Below, one piece after another: positions 46,580-56,374 of a stretch of 64,000 nt of DNA. Both the position numbers and the translations under genes were made by a program. Source of the DNA: an uncultured Candidatus Poseidoniales archaeon (GTDB taxonomy: Archaea > Thermoplasmatota > Poseidoniia > Poseidoniales > Thalassarchaeaceae); the NCBI GenBank assembly GCA_902573015.1, contig CACGIE010000002.1, forward strand, positions 7,660-71,659, given 5' to 3'. The notes beneath the pieces are model-generated. The model saw only the letters and a program-made list of their open reading frames with translations. It had not been told where the DNA came from and made no database searches. The stretch's first letter is position 1, and the number at the start of each line of letters is the position of its first letter.

Positions 46580-49369
46580 ATGTCTGAAAAAGAGGATGCT
46601 CCGAAGGAGATAGTGGGGTATAGGCAACAACCCGGAAAACTACCCTTTTCCAGACCTGGGTCAGGGGGTAAAGGAAAATTCTCAGAGTCTACTGATCAAG
46701 AAATGATTCCTGAGTCCCAGGGGGGGAAGCTTGCTCAGGAATGGGGACCTCATAGGCACGATGAACTCATTAGTGGTAGAGTGATTGGCAAATCTACTGC
46801 GCTTGTGGATAGTTCTTGGAAGGTAACAGGGCAAGCGCATTACGGAGACGATGTCAGGCTACCGGGAGAACTGATTGGACGGATTGTTCGTTCACCTCAT
46901 CACTATGCCAGAGTTCTATCTATTGATTGTACAAAGGCCCTAGAGTTGCCTGGTGTAGTCGCAGTTGCAACTGGTGATGATGCGAAGAATAGGTTCGGAG
47001 TTCTACCGGTGACTAAGGACGAGCACGCGATGGCTGTAGAGAAGGTTCGGCATGCAGGCGATCTTGTTGCATGTGTTGCAGCGATTGATGAGGCTACGGC
47101 TAGGGAGGCGGAAAGACTAATCCAAGTGGAGTATGAATTGATCGATCCGATTCATGATATGAGGGAAGGGCTCGAAGACAGTGGAGAACCAATACATGAC
47201 AGAGGGGACTACCACATAGGAGAGTCAAACATCCAGAAGAGGGTTTTCCAAGAATTCGGAGACATAGAGGGAATGATAGAAAATTCTGTTGCTAGCCACA
47301 AAAAGAATTGGATTTTCGCTGGAGTTAACCACGCATTCACTGAGCCACACGCAGTAGTGGCACACTGGGAACCAACTGGAAGGCTTACGCTCTATACTCC
47401 GCAGCAGGTTCCACACTACGTTCACAGGGCGCTAGCCGATGTATTGGAGATTCCAATGCATCAAATCAATGTGCATAGGACCTTTGTCGGAGGAGGTTTC
47501 GGTGGGAAGTCGGACCCATTCCCCCACGAAATGTGCGCTGCGATTCTCGCAAGAAAGTCTGGAAAACCTGTTCGTATAACTTTCGATAGAGAAGAGGTTT
47601 ACTGGGTAAACAGAGGTCGACATCCTTCGCGAATTGAGATGAACCTACATGCTGATGACGAAGGGAGAATATGTGGGATCGAGACTGATGCTCTGATAGA
47701 TGGCGGGGCATTCGCCTCTTTCGGGCACGTGACAACATACTACAACGGGGTTCTCCATACTGCTCCCTACGAGATTGGTGCTTTCCACTACACAGGGGCT
47801 AGGGTTTGGACGAACAAACCTGCCAGTGGAGCTATGCGTGGCCATGGAGCGGTGAATTCTAGATGCGCTGTAGAAGTAGGCCTGGATGACTTAGCAGAGA
47901 AGTTGAGTGTAGACCCGATATCATTGCGTTTAGCGAATCTCCTCCCACCACACTCGGCTACAATTACCGGATTCAGAGTAACAAGCATAGGGATGAGGGA
48001 GTGTCTAGAGAGAGTCAGAGAAGAAAGTGGCTGGGATAAAAAATTCCGTAAGCTTCCTCTTGGGAAGGGAATCGGCATTGGATGTGGTTTCTTCATTTCA
48101 GGGAGCGGCCTACCCATCCACTGGGATCCGAATAAGTTCCCACATGCAACCGTTCATCTGAAGATCGATATGGATGGCGGAGTCACGATCCACACAGGGG
48201 CCGCAGACATAGGGCAAGGTTCTGATACAGTCGTAGCCCAATCTGTGGCAGAGGTACTCGGACTTCCCCTAGATATGATCAGAGTGAAATCGAGAGATTC
48301 CGATACTTCTCCAGTAGACTTGGGTTCATACTCCTCCAGAGTGACCTTCATGAACGCTAACGCGGCTATTTCGGCAGCCATGCAAATCAGGGAGGAGTTG
48401 CTAGATGCTACTGTTGAAATCACAGGAGCGGAAAGAAGCGGTTTGATTATTGGAGATAGGAGAATCTTCCTAAAAAAGGATCCAGCGGTTGGAGTCTCCT
48501 ACCTCGAAGCTCTTCACAAATCACAAGAAGATAGGGGGGCCTTAGTTGCCTCTGGGGCATATAGGACCCCTCCTATGGGGAAGATGCACAAGGGAGCAGC
48601 TGCTGGACTAGCTCCAGCATACTCTTTCTCTGCTTATGTTACAGAAGTTTCTATCGATGTGGAAACTGGTCAAATCAAAGTAGACAAGGTTTGGGCAGCT
48701 CACGACTGTGGAAAGGCTCTGAACCCATTGGCTGTAGAGGGGCAGATAATCGGATCTTGCCATATGGGCATGGGGCAAGTTCTATCCGAAGAAATGAGGT
48801 ATGGGAGAAGTGGCAATCTGATGAATCCCGATCTCCTAGATTACAAGATCCCAAGTATTCACGAAATGCCGGAAGTAATTCCCATAATAGTGGAGTCGAA
48901 CGATCCAGAGGGCCCATTCGGAGCCAAAGAGGCGGGAGAGGGGCCCCTTCTTCCAATTCTACCTTCTGTTTGCAACGCCGTTTACGATGCAATAGGGATC
49001 AGGACCTCCGAGTTACCGATGTCTCCGGAGAAGGTGCACAAAATGATCGAGAAGCGTTGCAGAGAGGAAGGGGTATCGGATCCGAATAATCTCACAAGCC
49101 CATCCCTTCAACACTCGTCTCTACAAGGAGTTCTAGAAAACAGAGCGAATGAGCATGGGATAAGGGACAAGGATAGGAGACTGGATGAGGGCAGGTCGGA
49201 TTATCACAATGGTGCATTATTCGGTCTGGACCCCACAATCCCTCCGGACGAAGTTGACCCTAGGTGGTCAGTGAGGGTTACTCCCGAGGAGGAATATCTG
49301 GAGTCTCCTAGACTCGCTGGTAGTGCCTGGAAGCATACAGAAAGAAGACATTCGGAGGGTCAAAAATGA
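46580..49369 (+). CDS. hcrA: Molybdopterin large subunit, 4-hydroxybenzoyl-CoA reductase alpha-like
   Basis: QVP, VGGGFGGK, GAMRGHG, GQG, GSYSSRVTFM, GPFGAKEAGEG. Confidence 0.75.
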   Translation: MSEKEDAPKEIVGYRQQPGKLPFSRPGSGGKGKFSESTDQEMIPESQGGKLAQEWGPHRHDELISGRVIGKSTALVDSSWKVTGQAHYGDDVRLPGELIGRIVRSPHHYARVLSIDCTKALELPGVVAVATGDDAKNRFGVLPVTKDEHAMAVEKVRHAGDLVACVAAIDEATAREAERLIQVEYELIDPIHDMREGLEDSGEPIHDRGDYHIGESNIQKRVFQEFGDIEGMIENSVASHKKNWIFAGVNHAFTEPHAVVAHWEPTGRLTLYTPQQVPHYVHRALADVLEIPMHQINVHRTFVGGGFGGKSDPFPHEMCAAILARKSGKPVRITFDREEVYWVNRGRHPSRIEMNLHADDEGRICGIETDALIDGGAFASFGHVTTYYNGVLHTAPYEIGAFHYTGARVWTNKPASGAMRGHGAVNSRCAVEVGLDDLAEKLSVDPISLRLANLLPPHSATITGFRVTSIGMRECLERVREESGWDKKFRKLPLGKGIGIGCGFFISGSGLPIHWDPNKFPHATVHLKIDMDGGVTIHTGAADIGQGSDTVVAQSVAEVLGLPLDMIRVKSRDSDTSPVDLGSYSSRVTFMNANAAISAAMQIREELLDATVEITGAERSGLIIGDRRIFLKKDPAVGVSYLEALHKSQEDRGALVASGAYRTPPMGKMHKGAAAGLAPAYSFSAYVTEVSIDVETGQIKVDKVWAAHDCGKALNPLAVEGQIIGSCHMGMGQVLSEEMRYGRSGNLMNPDLLDYKIPSIHEMPEVIPIIVESNDPEGPFGAKEAGEGPLLPILPSVCNAVYDAIGIRTSELPMSPEKVHKMIEKRCREEGVSDPNNLTSPSLQHSSLQGVLENRANEHGIRDKDRRLDEGRSDYHNGALFGLDPTIPPDEVDPRWSVRVTPEEEYLESPRLAGSAWKHTERRHSEGQK

Positions 49370-50349
49370 GGATGCCCCCCTTCCGTGTTCTTTCTCCGAA
49401 GAGTTTGGATGAGGCACTAACAATGTCTAGAGAACTTTCAGAATCTGGAGAGGAGTTCGACTGGATAGCCGGGGGAACGGACTTACTTCCAAATTACAAA
49501 TGGCACATCAATGTGAAGGGGCACGTTATCTCGCTTTCTTCTATAGCCGAGTTGCGAGAAATAAGCGAGGAAAGTATTGGCGCTATGGTCAGCATCAATG
49601 AGTTAGCCGAGCATGAGTCTACCCACCCTGTGTTAGCCAAGGCAGCAGACTCAATTGCAAGTGTGATGATCAGAAGGTCAGGTACAGTTGGCGGAAATAT
49701 TTGCCTGGATACTAGGTGCTACTGGATTAATCAGTCTGAAACATGGAGGGAGTCGATTGACTGGTGTCACAAATGTGATTGTGGCACCGGGGCCGATTGT
49801 AGAGTAATTCCGAACCAAAACACGCTATGCGTTGCGACCTATCAAGCTGATTTGGCCCCTGTACTGATGTGTCTGGATGCCACAATCCACCTAGCATCAC
49901 CCAAAGGAAAGCGATCCATGCCACTGTGTGATTTCTTCGAGTTAGACGGAATGACTAGGAATGTACTCGAACCCGGAGAAATGGTCACCCATATCACTCT
50001 CCCTGAAGATGCAGCAGATTGGAGAGGAGACTATCAGAAGTTGAGGCAACGTGAGTCCTGGGACTTCCCTGAAGCGGGCGTAGCTGTTCTCTGGAAAGGA
50101 GATGTGGGGGATGGGCCATCAAGTCTGAGAGTGGCAACCACTGGCCTAGAGTCTATTCCTAGCTTGCATTCAGAAGAAGCGGAGGAAGCACTAGAGAATT
50201 GGAGCGGAGTCGAGACCGTAGAAATTCTATCAGAGTCGATCAGAAAGGCAGTAAAGCCTGTCCAGAACACCTGGTTCTCCCCGTCATATAGAAGGAAGAT
50301 GGTGAAGGTCTTAACGAAAAGGGCGTGTAGGAAGTTACTGGTGAGTTGA
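49366..50349 (+). CDS. hcrB: FAD subunit with a [4Fe-4S] insertion, 4-hydroxybenzoyl-CoA reductase beta-like
   Basis: AGGTDLLPN, TVGGNIC.DTRC..NQS..WR....C...C.V...C.A.Y..D.AP. Confidence 0.78.
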   Translation: MRMPPFRVLSPKSLDEALTMSRELSESGEEFDWIAGGTDLLPNYKWHINVKGHVISLSSIAELREISEESIGAMVSINELAEHESTHPVLAKAADSIASVMIRRSGTVGGNICLDTRCYWINQSETWRESIDWCHKCDCGTGADCRVIPNQNTLCVATYQADLAPVLMCLDATIHLASPKGKRSMPLCDFFELDGMTRNVLEPGEMVTHITLPEDAADWRGDYQKLRQRESWDFPEAGVAVLWKGDVGDGPSSLRVATTGLESIPSLHSEEAEEALENWSGVETVEILSESIRKAVKPVQNTWFSPSYRRKMVKVLTKRACRKLLVS

Positions 50350-51287
50350 TGGGTTCGAGAGTTTGCTCTTTGATTATTGGGGCCATTCTCGCTGTATCTC
50401 TTGTGGCAGTTCCCCCTGCATCGGGACAGGACTTAGAGTCCTGGGAGTTGGGAATAAAATATCCTGGAGAGGACTCCACCAATTCTTTCGTCTTATCTTA
50501 TGATGGTTCGATCAAAGTCGAGTTCTTCGTTGAAAATTCAGGACTTACTGAGATAACGGTTCAGTTTGAGTACAATATCCCATTCGGAGGAAGTCATGAC
50601 GGCCCTGAGGAAGAGTCCATTTCTTCCGGTTCGAATGAGACATTTGATCTGAAGATTAGCGGAATAGATGTACTATCCCAAGACGCGGAGAAGAAAGAGA
50701 AATTTTCAATCACTGCTACGATAACCTCCAGACAGGGCATCCCTGATCCTCTCTCTTCTTCTCAGAACAGAGAGGGAGATTTGGAGATACCCTCGATATT
50801 TGATTTAGTCGTAGATATTTCTGAGCCATTCGGACCGATGAATGCAGGCTCTGACACCATACTAACCGTGACAGTAAGAAATAACGGAAACGCACAGGAC
50901 GGAGTGGCCGAAGTGGATGTCAGGGATGATTGCCCGCTCTTGACAACTGATAGTGGACTAGATGCACTTCTAAGCGGCAATATAGAATCCGGTAGAGCCA
51001 AGGATGCAGATCTCAAGGTTACTGCATCAGAAAGCCACCCTAAGAGGCACTGTGACATCACGGTATCTGTGACATCGAATAGGAATGGAGCATCCGGTGC
51101 ATCGGAAGACGAAGTTAGGGTTACAGTAGAACCCCCTCCAACGGGAGATTCCGGCTCTGGAGGGCAGGATGACGATATCAGCGAAGTTGGGGACTCGATA
51201 GAGTCCAACCTATCTGCACCGGGTTTAGGAGTACTAACTATTGGACTACTTGCAGCATTGGCCTATGCCAACAGGGTTGAAAATTAA
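50349..51287 (+). CDS. Secreted Ig-like surface protein with a PGF-CTERM-like anchor (choice-of-anchor T-like)
   Basis: Signal peptide, N.GN..D motif, linker, APGLG followed by a TM and basic end. Confidence 0.7.
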   Translation: MGSRVCSLIIGAILAVSLVAVPPASGQDLESWELGIKYPGEDSTNSFVLSYDGSIKVEFFVENSGLTEITVQFEYNIPFGGSHDGPEEESISSGSNETFDLKISGIDVLSQDAEKKEKFSITATITSRQGIPDPLSSSQNREGDLEIPSIFDLVVDISEPFGPMNAGSDTILTVTVRNNGNAQDGVAEVDVRDDCPLLTTDSGLDALLSGNIESGRAKDADLKVTASESHPKRHCDITVSVTSNRNGASGASEDEVRVTVEPPPTGDSGSGGQDDDISEVGDSIESNLSAPGLGVLTIGLLAALAYANRVEN

Positions 51288-51408
51288 GTCGTGCAATCTT
51301 CACTTCCAACACGATTTGCGAACTACGCTCAGCAACATATAACCGTGAATTAATTGTCGGACGGATGTTGCTTGGGCCTACGGCCCAACTAAAAGGGGGT
51401 TAGAAACC

Positions 51409-53019
51409 ATGGCAATTGACATGGATAGCGAAGCGAGATTCAACAGGAACGTTCTGTATTCCCTAGTAATTACTTCAATATTATTGCTAGTAATGCCAAT
51501 GTTCTTCGTAGTCGGAAAATCGTCAAATTATTCTGCTTACGATACAGATGGCTTGGGACAGTTATCCGATATGAGAGAGAGTTTCGAAGGAGAGTATGTC
51601 GAGAATAGAGACTCTGGTTACTACGTTGCGAATACTATGTCCACACCAATGCTAGTCAATGATTGGAAGGACCCTCATCGTACGCTACTGACCATCATTG
51701 CTCCTGAAAAACCGATTGATCAGACCGAGGCAGATGAAATTTTCAGATTCGTCACTGAGAAAGGCGGCAAGGTAATCGTTGCCGCTGACAATACTCAGGC
51801 GCACAATCTGGCAATACTGTTCGGAGTCAGATACATGGACGCACCCCTGCTGGATGATAAGCAGCATTGGGTATACACGCAACAGGGGCAACAGGAAGTC
51901 GACTGGGGCAATGTTTGGAGCGCATCTCCGGTCAATCAGAACATCGGAGATATGTCCCCAGGAGCACTGATGCAAGGTTGTACTGCATTCCAAATTCAGA
52001 ATCCGGACGGTCTGAACGACTGCAGACTTCCTGTAATGTATAGAGGTCCGACGGGAATGATGTTCGAACCCACGGACAAAGACATCGAAGATCCAAATCA
52101 TAGGAGCATAATGACACTGGGTACCGCTTCTCCTTCTGCATTCATTGATAGGGCCGGAGATGGCGACCCTACCAATCCAGCCAACCCTGCCACTGGTGAT
52201 CTGAGGCTAATGATGAGGTTTGATTATCCCGGGATAAAAGTCCTTGACAAAGTGGCTGATGAGGGAAGAGGGGCGTTTTCAGCTGGAGTAGGAGAGTTGG
52301 AGGTCACCGGAAGTATTGTGTTCGTAGCAGATGACGAAGCTTTCTCGAATATGCTTTGGGAACTAGCGGTCGCAAAGGATCAAGGCCTCAGCCAAGACTG
52401 TTCCGCGATTGGAGATTACACTCGGAATAATTGCTGGACCCAAGAGATCCTCAACAACAATGAGTGGGATGGGAATGAGAGATACTTCAGACTACTAGTG
52501 TATGATATGATGGAGTTCGATAATGTAGATCTTAATGCCCCTATTCGAAGCGATCCTTCTAACTTCCAAGTCGTTTTCGATGAGAGTAGACACGTAACCG
52601 GAGTCGTTTCTGAGCCATTCGTGCAGACTATGGGGACTGTAGTCCTACTTACTTCGAATCAATTCCTAAAGTGGCTGGTGGTTCTGAATGTCACCCTTCT
52701 GCTCCTCGTTGCTATGATGGTGGTACCTGAAAAGGAGAACTGGAGGCACGTCTTTGATCTGACCAAATTCAATCAGCGTCCGGAGAAACTCGATCCTGCC
52801 ACGTATAGAGACAGGGTCAGAAAATCGCTTCTAACGAAGGTTAGGATACACCATGACCTTACCAGAGATGAGATGGCGATGACTCCTCCACCTGAAGTTC
52901 AGGCGATGATTGGGGATCCGCGTCTTGTGGAATTGGCTTATAGCCAAAGCCGGACGTACACGCCACAAGAGTTGCGCAAGTTGATGCAAGCTATTCGCCG
53001 ATGGGGAAAAAATAACTAA
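51409..53019 (+). CDS. Membrane-anchored DUF4350-like protein of the MoxR cluster
   Basis: N-terminal TM, FV.KGG.VIVAAD, VVFDES.H, TM near the C-terminus; directly upstream of moxR. Confidence 0.65.
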   Translation: MAIDMDSEARFNRNVLYSLVITSILLLVMPMFFVVGKSSNYSAYDTDGLGQLSDMRESFEGEYVENRDSGYYVANTMSTPMLVNDWKDPHRTLLTIIAPEKPIDQTEADEIFRFVTEKGGKVIVAADNTQAHNLAILFGVRYMDAPLLDDKQHWVYTQQGQQEVDWGNVWSASPVNQNIGDMSPGALMQGCTAFQIQNPDGLNDCRLPVMYRGPTGMMFEPTDKDIEDPNHRSIMTLGTASPSAFIDRAGDGDPTNPANPATGDLRLMMRFDYPGIKVLDKVADEGRGAFSAGVGELEVTGSIVFVADDEAFSNMLWELAVAKDQGLSQDCSAIGDYTRNNCWTQEILNNNEWDGNERYFRLLVYDMMEFDNVDLNAPIRSDPSNFQVVFDESRHVTGVVSEPFVQTMGTVVLLTSNQFLKWLVVLNVTLLLLVAMMVVPEKENWRHVFDLTKFNQRPEKLDPATYRDRVRKSLLTKVRIHHDLTRDEMAMTPPPEVQAMIGDPRLVELAYSQSRTYTPQELRKLMQAIRRWGKNN

Positions 53020-53037
53020 TAAAATGGAGTGAAAAAA

Positions 53038-54102
53038 ATGAGTGAAACAGGACCACCAAAAGGGATGCAAACGCCAAATACTGGCACACAGGACGCGGCT
53101 TTGGCTAAGAAAGCGCAAGAAGCTCGTGGATCGAGCAAGGTCGATGAGGTTTTGGCTGCAACTGGTGCTATGGGGCAAGCAATCAGTACTGAGGTACAGA
53201 AGGTAATCATAGGAAAGTCGCACGTTATTGACAATGTAATGGTGGACATTCTTTCTAATGGAAACCTACTGTTCGAGGATTTTCCTGGATTGGCAAAGAC
53301 GCTGATGACAAATACGTTCGCTGATGCTCTGGGGTGCGACTTCAAGAGAGTCCAATTTACTCCAGATCTTCTTCCAGCGGACATAACTGGAACAAATATT
53401 TACGATGCGAAGAAGGGAGAGTTCACCTTCAAGCCTGGTCCCATTTTCTGTAATCTACTCCTTTCTGACGAGATAAACAGGGCGCCGCCGAAGACACAGG
53501 CTGCTCTTCTAGAAGCGATGCAGGAGAAGCAGGTCACGATTGGCGTAGTTACACACAAGCTACCCTCCCCTTTCCTAACCATGGCAACCCAGAACCCAGT
53601 GGAGCAGGAGGGGACTTACCCGCTTCCAGAGGCACAGCTTGATCGTTTCATGATGAAGATGATGGTAGGATACCCCGACAGAGCAGACGAGAACGAAATC
53701 CTACAGAGGAGGATTAACAGAAAGACTGACGAGGTCGAAGTAAACAGCATCACCGACCCAAGTATTGTGGTCAAGATGCAGAAGTCATGCGAGGAAGTCT
53801 ACGTTGACAGATCGGTCAGAGAGTATATGGTGGATATCGTAGCAAGGACGAGGGAAGACCCGAGAGTTCTCGTGGGTTCATCCCCTAGAGGTTCTCAAGC
53901 CCTCCTGAAGACGAGTAGGGCGGTTGCGGCCATGCGAGGAAGGGACTTCGTGACGCCAGACGACGTGAAGTCGATTGCAGAGCTAGCAGTGGCTCACAGA
54001 ATTATTCTGAAGCCAGAGCACCAGATTAAGGGACTCGAGACCGGCGAGGTCATTCGAGATATTCTACATGGAAAGAATGCCGCGAATGTACCCACGGTCT
54101 GA
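53038..54102 (+). CDS. moxR: MoxR AAA+ ATPase
   Basis: PGLAKT, RVQFTPDLLPADITG, DEINRAPPKTQ, ATQNP.EQEGTYPLPEAQLDRF. Confidence 0.96.
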   Translation: MSETGPPKGMQTPNTGTQDAALAKKAQEARGSSKVDEVLAATGAMGQAISTEVQKVIIGKSHVIDNVMVDILSNGNLLFEDFPGLAKTLMTNTFADALGCDFKRVQFTPDLLPADITGTNIYDAKKGEFTFKPGPIFCNLLLSDEINRAPPKTQAALLEAMQEKQVTIGVVTHKLPSPFLTMATQNPVEQEGTYPLPEAQLDRFMMKMMVGYPDRADENEILQRRINRKTDEVEVNSITDPSIVVKMQKSCEEVYVDRSVREYMVDIVARTREDPRVLVGSSPRGSQALLKTSRAVAAMRGRDFVTPDDVKSIAELAVAHRIILKPEHQIKGLETGEVIRDILHGKNAANVPTV

Positions 54103-54118
54103 TTTTTGAGGTGTAAAG

Positions 54119-55438
54119 GTGGCCTGGAGCCGAAAGTCTGCGATGTTCGCATCTCTTTCGGTTGCGATGTACCTGCTAGGACTAGTGCTTCGAAACCAGC
54201 AGCTAGTGACTGTAGCAGTAGTTCTTCTTTCATTCCTAACTTGGGCGGCTCTCAGGACTGCGCACGGGGATGTCGCCTCCTCTGGTAGGAGGCTCGAGGA
54301 AGCAGTGCTGGACGAGGGCATCCAGCTCCAGAGTATTGTAGCTATGAGGAAGACCTCGACATCCAGAGTTTTCGAGGATGGGGAGATAGACGTCACCCTC
54401 AGAATTCAGAATAGATCTGCAATTGCAAAGGTCTTGGAAGTCAGGGATAGGGTGCCCGAGGTCATGAGAATCAAAAAAGGTGCCAATTACGTACTAATGG
54501 AAATAGGACCAAAAAGAGAGACTGAGATTTCCTACACAATAGAGACCCCGCTGAGAGGTTTCTACACCATAGGTCCGGTTTGTATTAGAGTTCAAGATGA
54601 GTTGGGACTCTTTCACAATGAGAAAGAGGTGCAACTGTACGACGATTTCCTTGTTTTCCCAAAGATGGAGGACATCAAAGATGCAATGATCAAGAGTAGG
54701 GTTCCTAAGATTTTCACTGGAGCAGTGAATATCAGAAATCCCGGTGAGGGTTCGAACTTCTACAATCTTAGAGAGTACTTGCCAGGTGACCCGATAAGGA
54801 AAGTAAACTGGAAAGCGACTGCCAGACAGGATGGCAAGATGATGGTTAACGAATTTGAGAGGGACGCTGTGAGCGATGTCATAATCCTAGTTGACAGTAG
54901 GGCAGTGAGTGAAACTGGACCAGTGAGTAGAAACTCTCTGGTTTACAGTACTAGAGCAGCAGCGAGTCTAACCCAGCACTTCCTATCCAGGCGTGACTCG
55001 GTAGGGCTCGTGGTTTATGGGGACGAGATTGTTTCCGTAGACAGGGATACAGGGAAGAAGCAGTTGTATGTGATATTGACAAAACTTGCGGGCGCTATGG
55101 CGAAAGGGAACACTCCTCTGAGGATTGTGACTACCCGAATCATGCCCCACATTCATAGAGGCAGCCCCATCATCATCCTGTCACCGTTGGAGGACGATCC
55201 GACAATAGTCGATGCTGTCAGAGACCTTAGGGCTAGGAACTTCGAGGTCACAGTACTTTCACCGAGCAGCTTGGAGTTCGAATTCGATGCGAGGAGAATA
55301 GACAGAACCGGCTACGAGGTACTGAAAACTGAGAGAGACATTCTGATGACCGAGCTTAGAGGCCTAGGAGCATATGTAATGGACTGGGAGCCGGACATGT
55401 TACTATTCACAGCCCTAGCCGGGGCACGGGGATTCTGA
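54119..55438 (+). CDS. DUF58 (vWA-like) protein
   Basis: LREYLPGDPIRKVNWKATAR, VNEFE. Confidence 0.92.
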   Translation: MAWSRKSAMFASLSVAMYLLGLVLRNQQLVTVAVVLLSFLTWAALRTAHGDVASSGRRLEEAVLDEGIQLQSIVAMRKTSTSRVFEDGEIDVTLRIQNRSAIAKVLEVRDRVPEVMRIKKGANYVLMEIGPKRETEISYTIETPLRGFYTIGPVCIRVQDELGLFHNEKEVQLYDDFLVFPKMEDIKDAMIKSRVPKIFTGAVNIRNPGEGSNFYNLREYLPGDPIRKVNWKATARQDGKMMVNEFERDAVSDVIILVDSRAVSETGPVSRNSLVYSTRAAASLTQHFLSRRDSVGLVVYGDEIVSVDRDTGKKQLYVILTKLAGAMAKGNTPLRIVTTRIMPHIHRGSPIIILSPLEDDPTIVDAVRDLRARNFEVTVLSPSSLEFEFDARRIDRTGYEVLKTERDILMTELRGLGAYVMDWEPDMLLFTALAGARGF

Positions 55439-55447
55439 GGTGTAATT

Positions 55448-56374
55448 ATGGAAGAAGGCAAGGGCCCAGTAGACACATCTCATCTGTATGAGGGGAAGGT
55501 GGTACGCTCATCGGCCCCTAGTAGGAAAAGAGCCGCTGGAACACTGAAGGCAGACAGCGGGATACCCGATGATGCGGTTCCAGATGTCGCCATCCCAAGT
55601 TGGATAGATGCGATCTTCGGAGGTCCGATTCTGGTCAATAGAGAGTTCGTATCACCTAACAAAATGGTTCTGAATCTTCAGATGGGGGCAATAGGCTCGC
55701 TCTTGGTCCTCGGATTCCTTACTTTCATGCTCACTCCAGTATCCGGAACTGCATGGTTCGCGTTATCAAATATGATTGGCCTTGGCTTCCTAGGGCTATG
55801 GCTCCATCTACTGATGATTATTATCGGACTGATATCTGGTTTCTGGGGAGTTTGGCAGAGAGACCAAAGGGCCATACTCCTATCTTACGTCATGCTAATT
55901 CTGGTCACTATCAGGTTCGCTGGGAGCAAGGTTGAGTTTGGATTGAGCTTTTTGCCGGAGAACGAAATAATGCAGAAGTTGCTGCTGATATTGTACGCAG
56001 TCTTCCTAGTCGTATACATCGAGGTCTCTAGTGCAGTAATCCGTTTCTCTATGCTCGATACCTCGATAAGAACCGGTGAGGTCTACGTGATGAACGTCAA
56101 GAGCATCACGGACAGGTACAACAGGGCACTTGGCTACACCCCTGCTGTTGCAGCATTGGTAGCAACACTGACCCTATTCATCAATTTCTTCGTTCCACTA
56201 TTCGTGGGAATCTTCGACTCAGTTGCTGCAAACCGTCTAGAGGAGAGCGTGGAGTTGACTAGCGTTTACGGCGTTGCATTGGGAACTATCCTGGTATTCA
56301 TCGTGATAGCGGGAATGTTCGCAATCAACCTCCCTCTCAGGATTCAGCAGTATCTAGAAAGTCAATCCGGCTAG
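55448..56374 (+). CDS. Polytopic membrane protein (end of the MoxR operon)
   Basis: About 6 TM helices; preceded by an SD-like GAGGTG. Confidence 0.75.
   Translation: MEEGKGPVDTSHLYEGKVVRSSAPSRKRAAGTLKADSGIPDDAVPDVAIPSWIDAIFGGPILVNREFVSPNKMVLNLQMGAIGSLLVLGFLTFMLTPVSGTAWFALSNMIGLGFLGLWLHLLMIIIGLISGFWGVWQRDQRAILLSYVMLILVTIRFAGSKVEFGLSFLPENEIMQKLLLILYAVFLVVYIEVSSAVIRFSMLDTSIRTGEVYVMNVKSITDRYNRALGYTPAVAALVATLTLFINFFVPLFVGIFDSVAANRLEESVELTSVYGVALGTILVFIVIAGMFAINLPLRIQQYLESQSG

Noticed and set aside
46580..49369. Aerobic CO dehydrogenase (coxL)
   Set aside because: The active-site loop is GAMRGHG, not AYxCSFR (form I) or AYRGAGR (form II).
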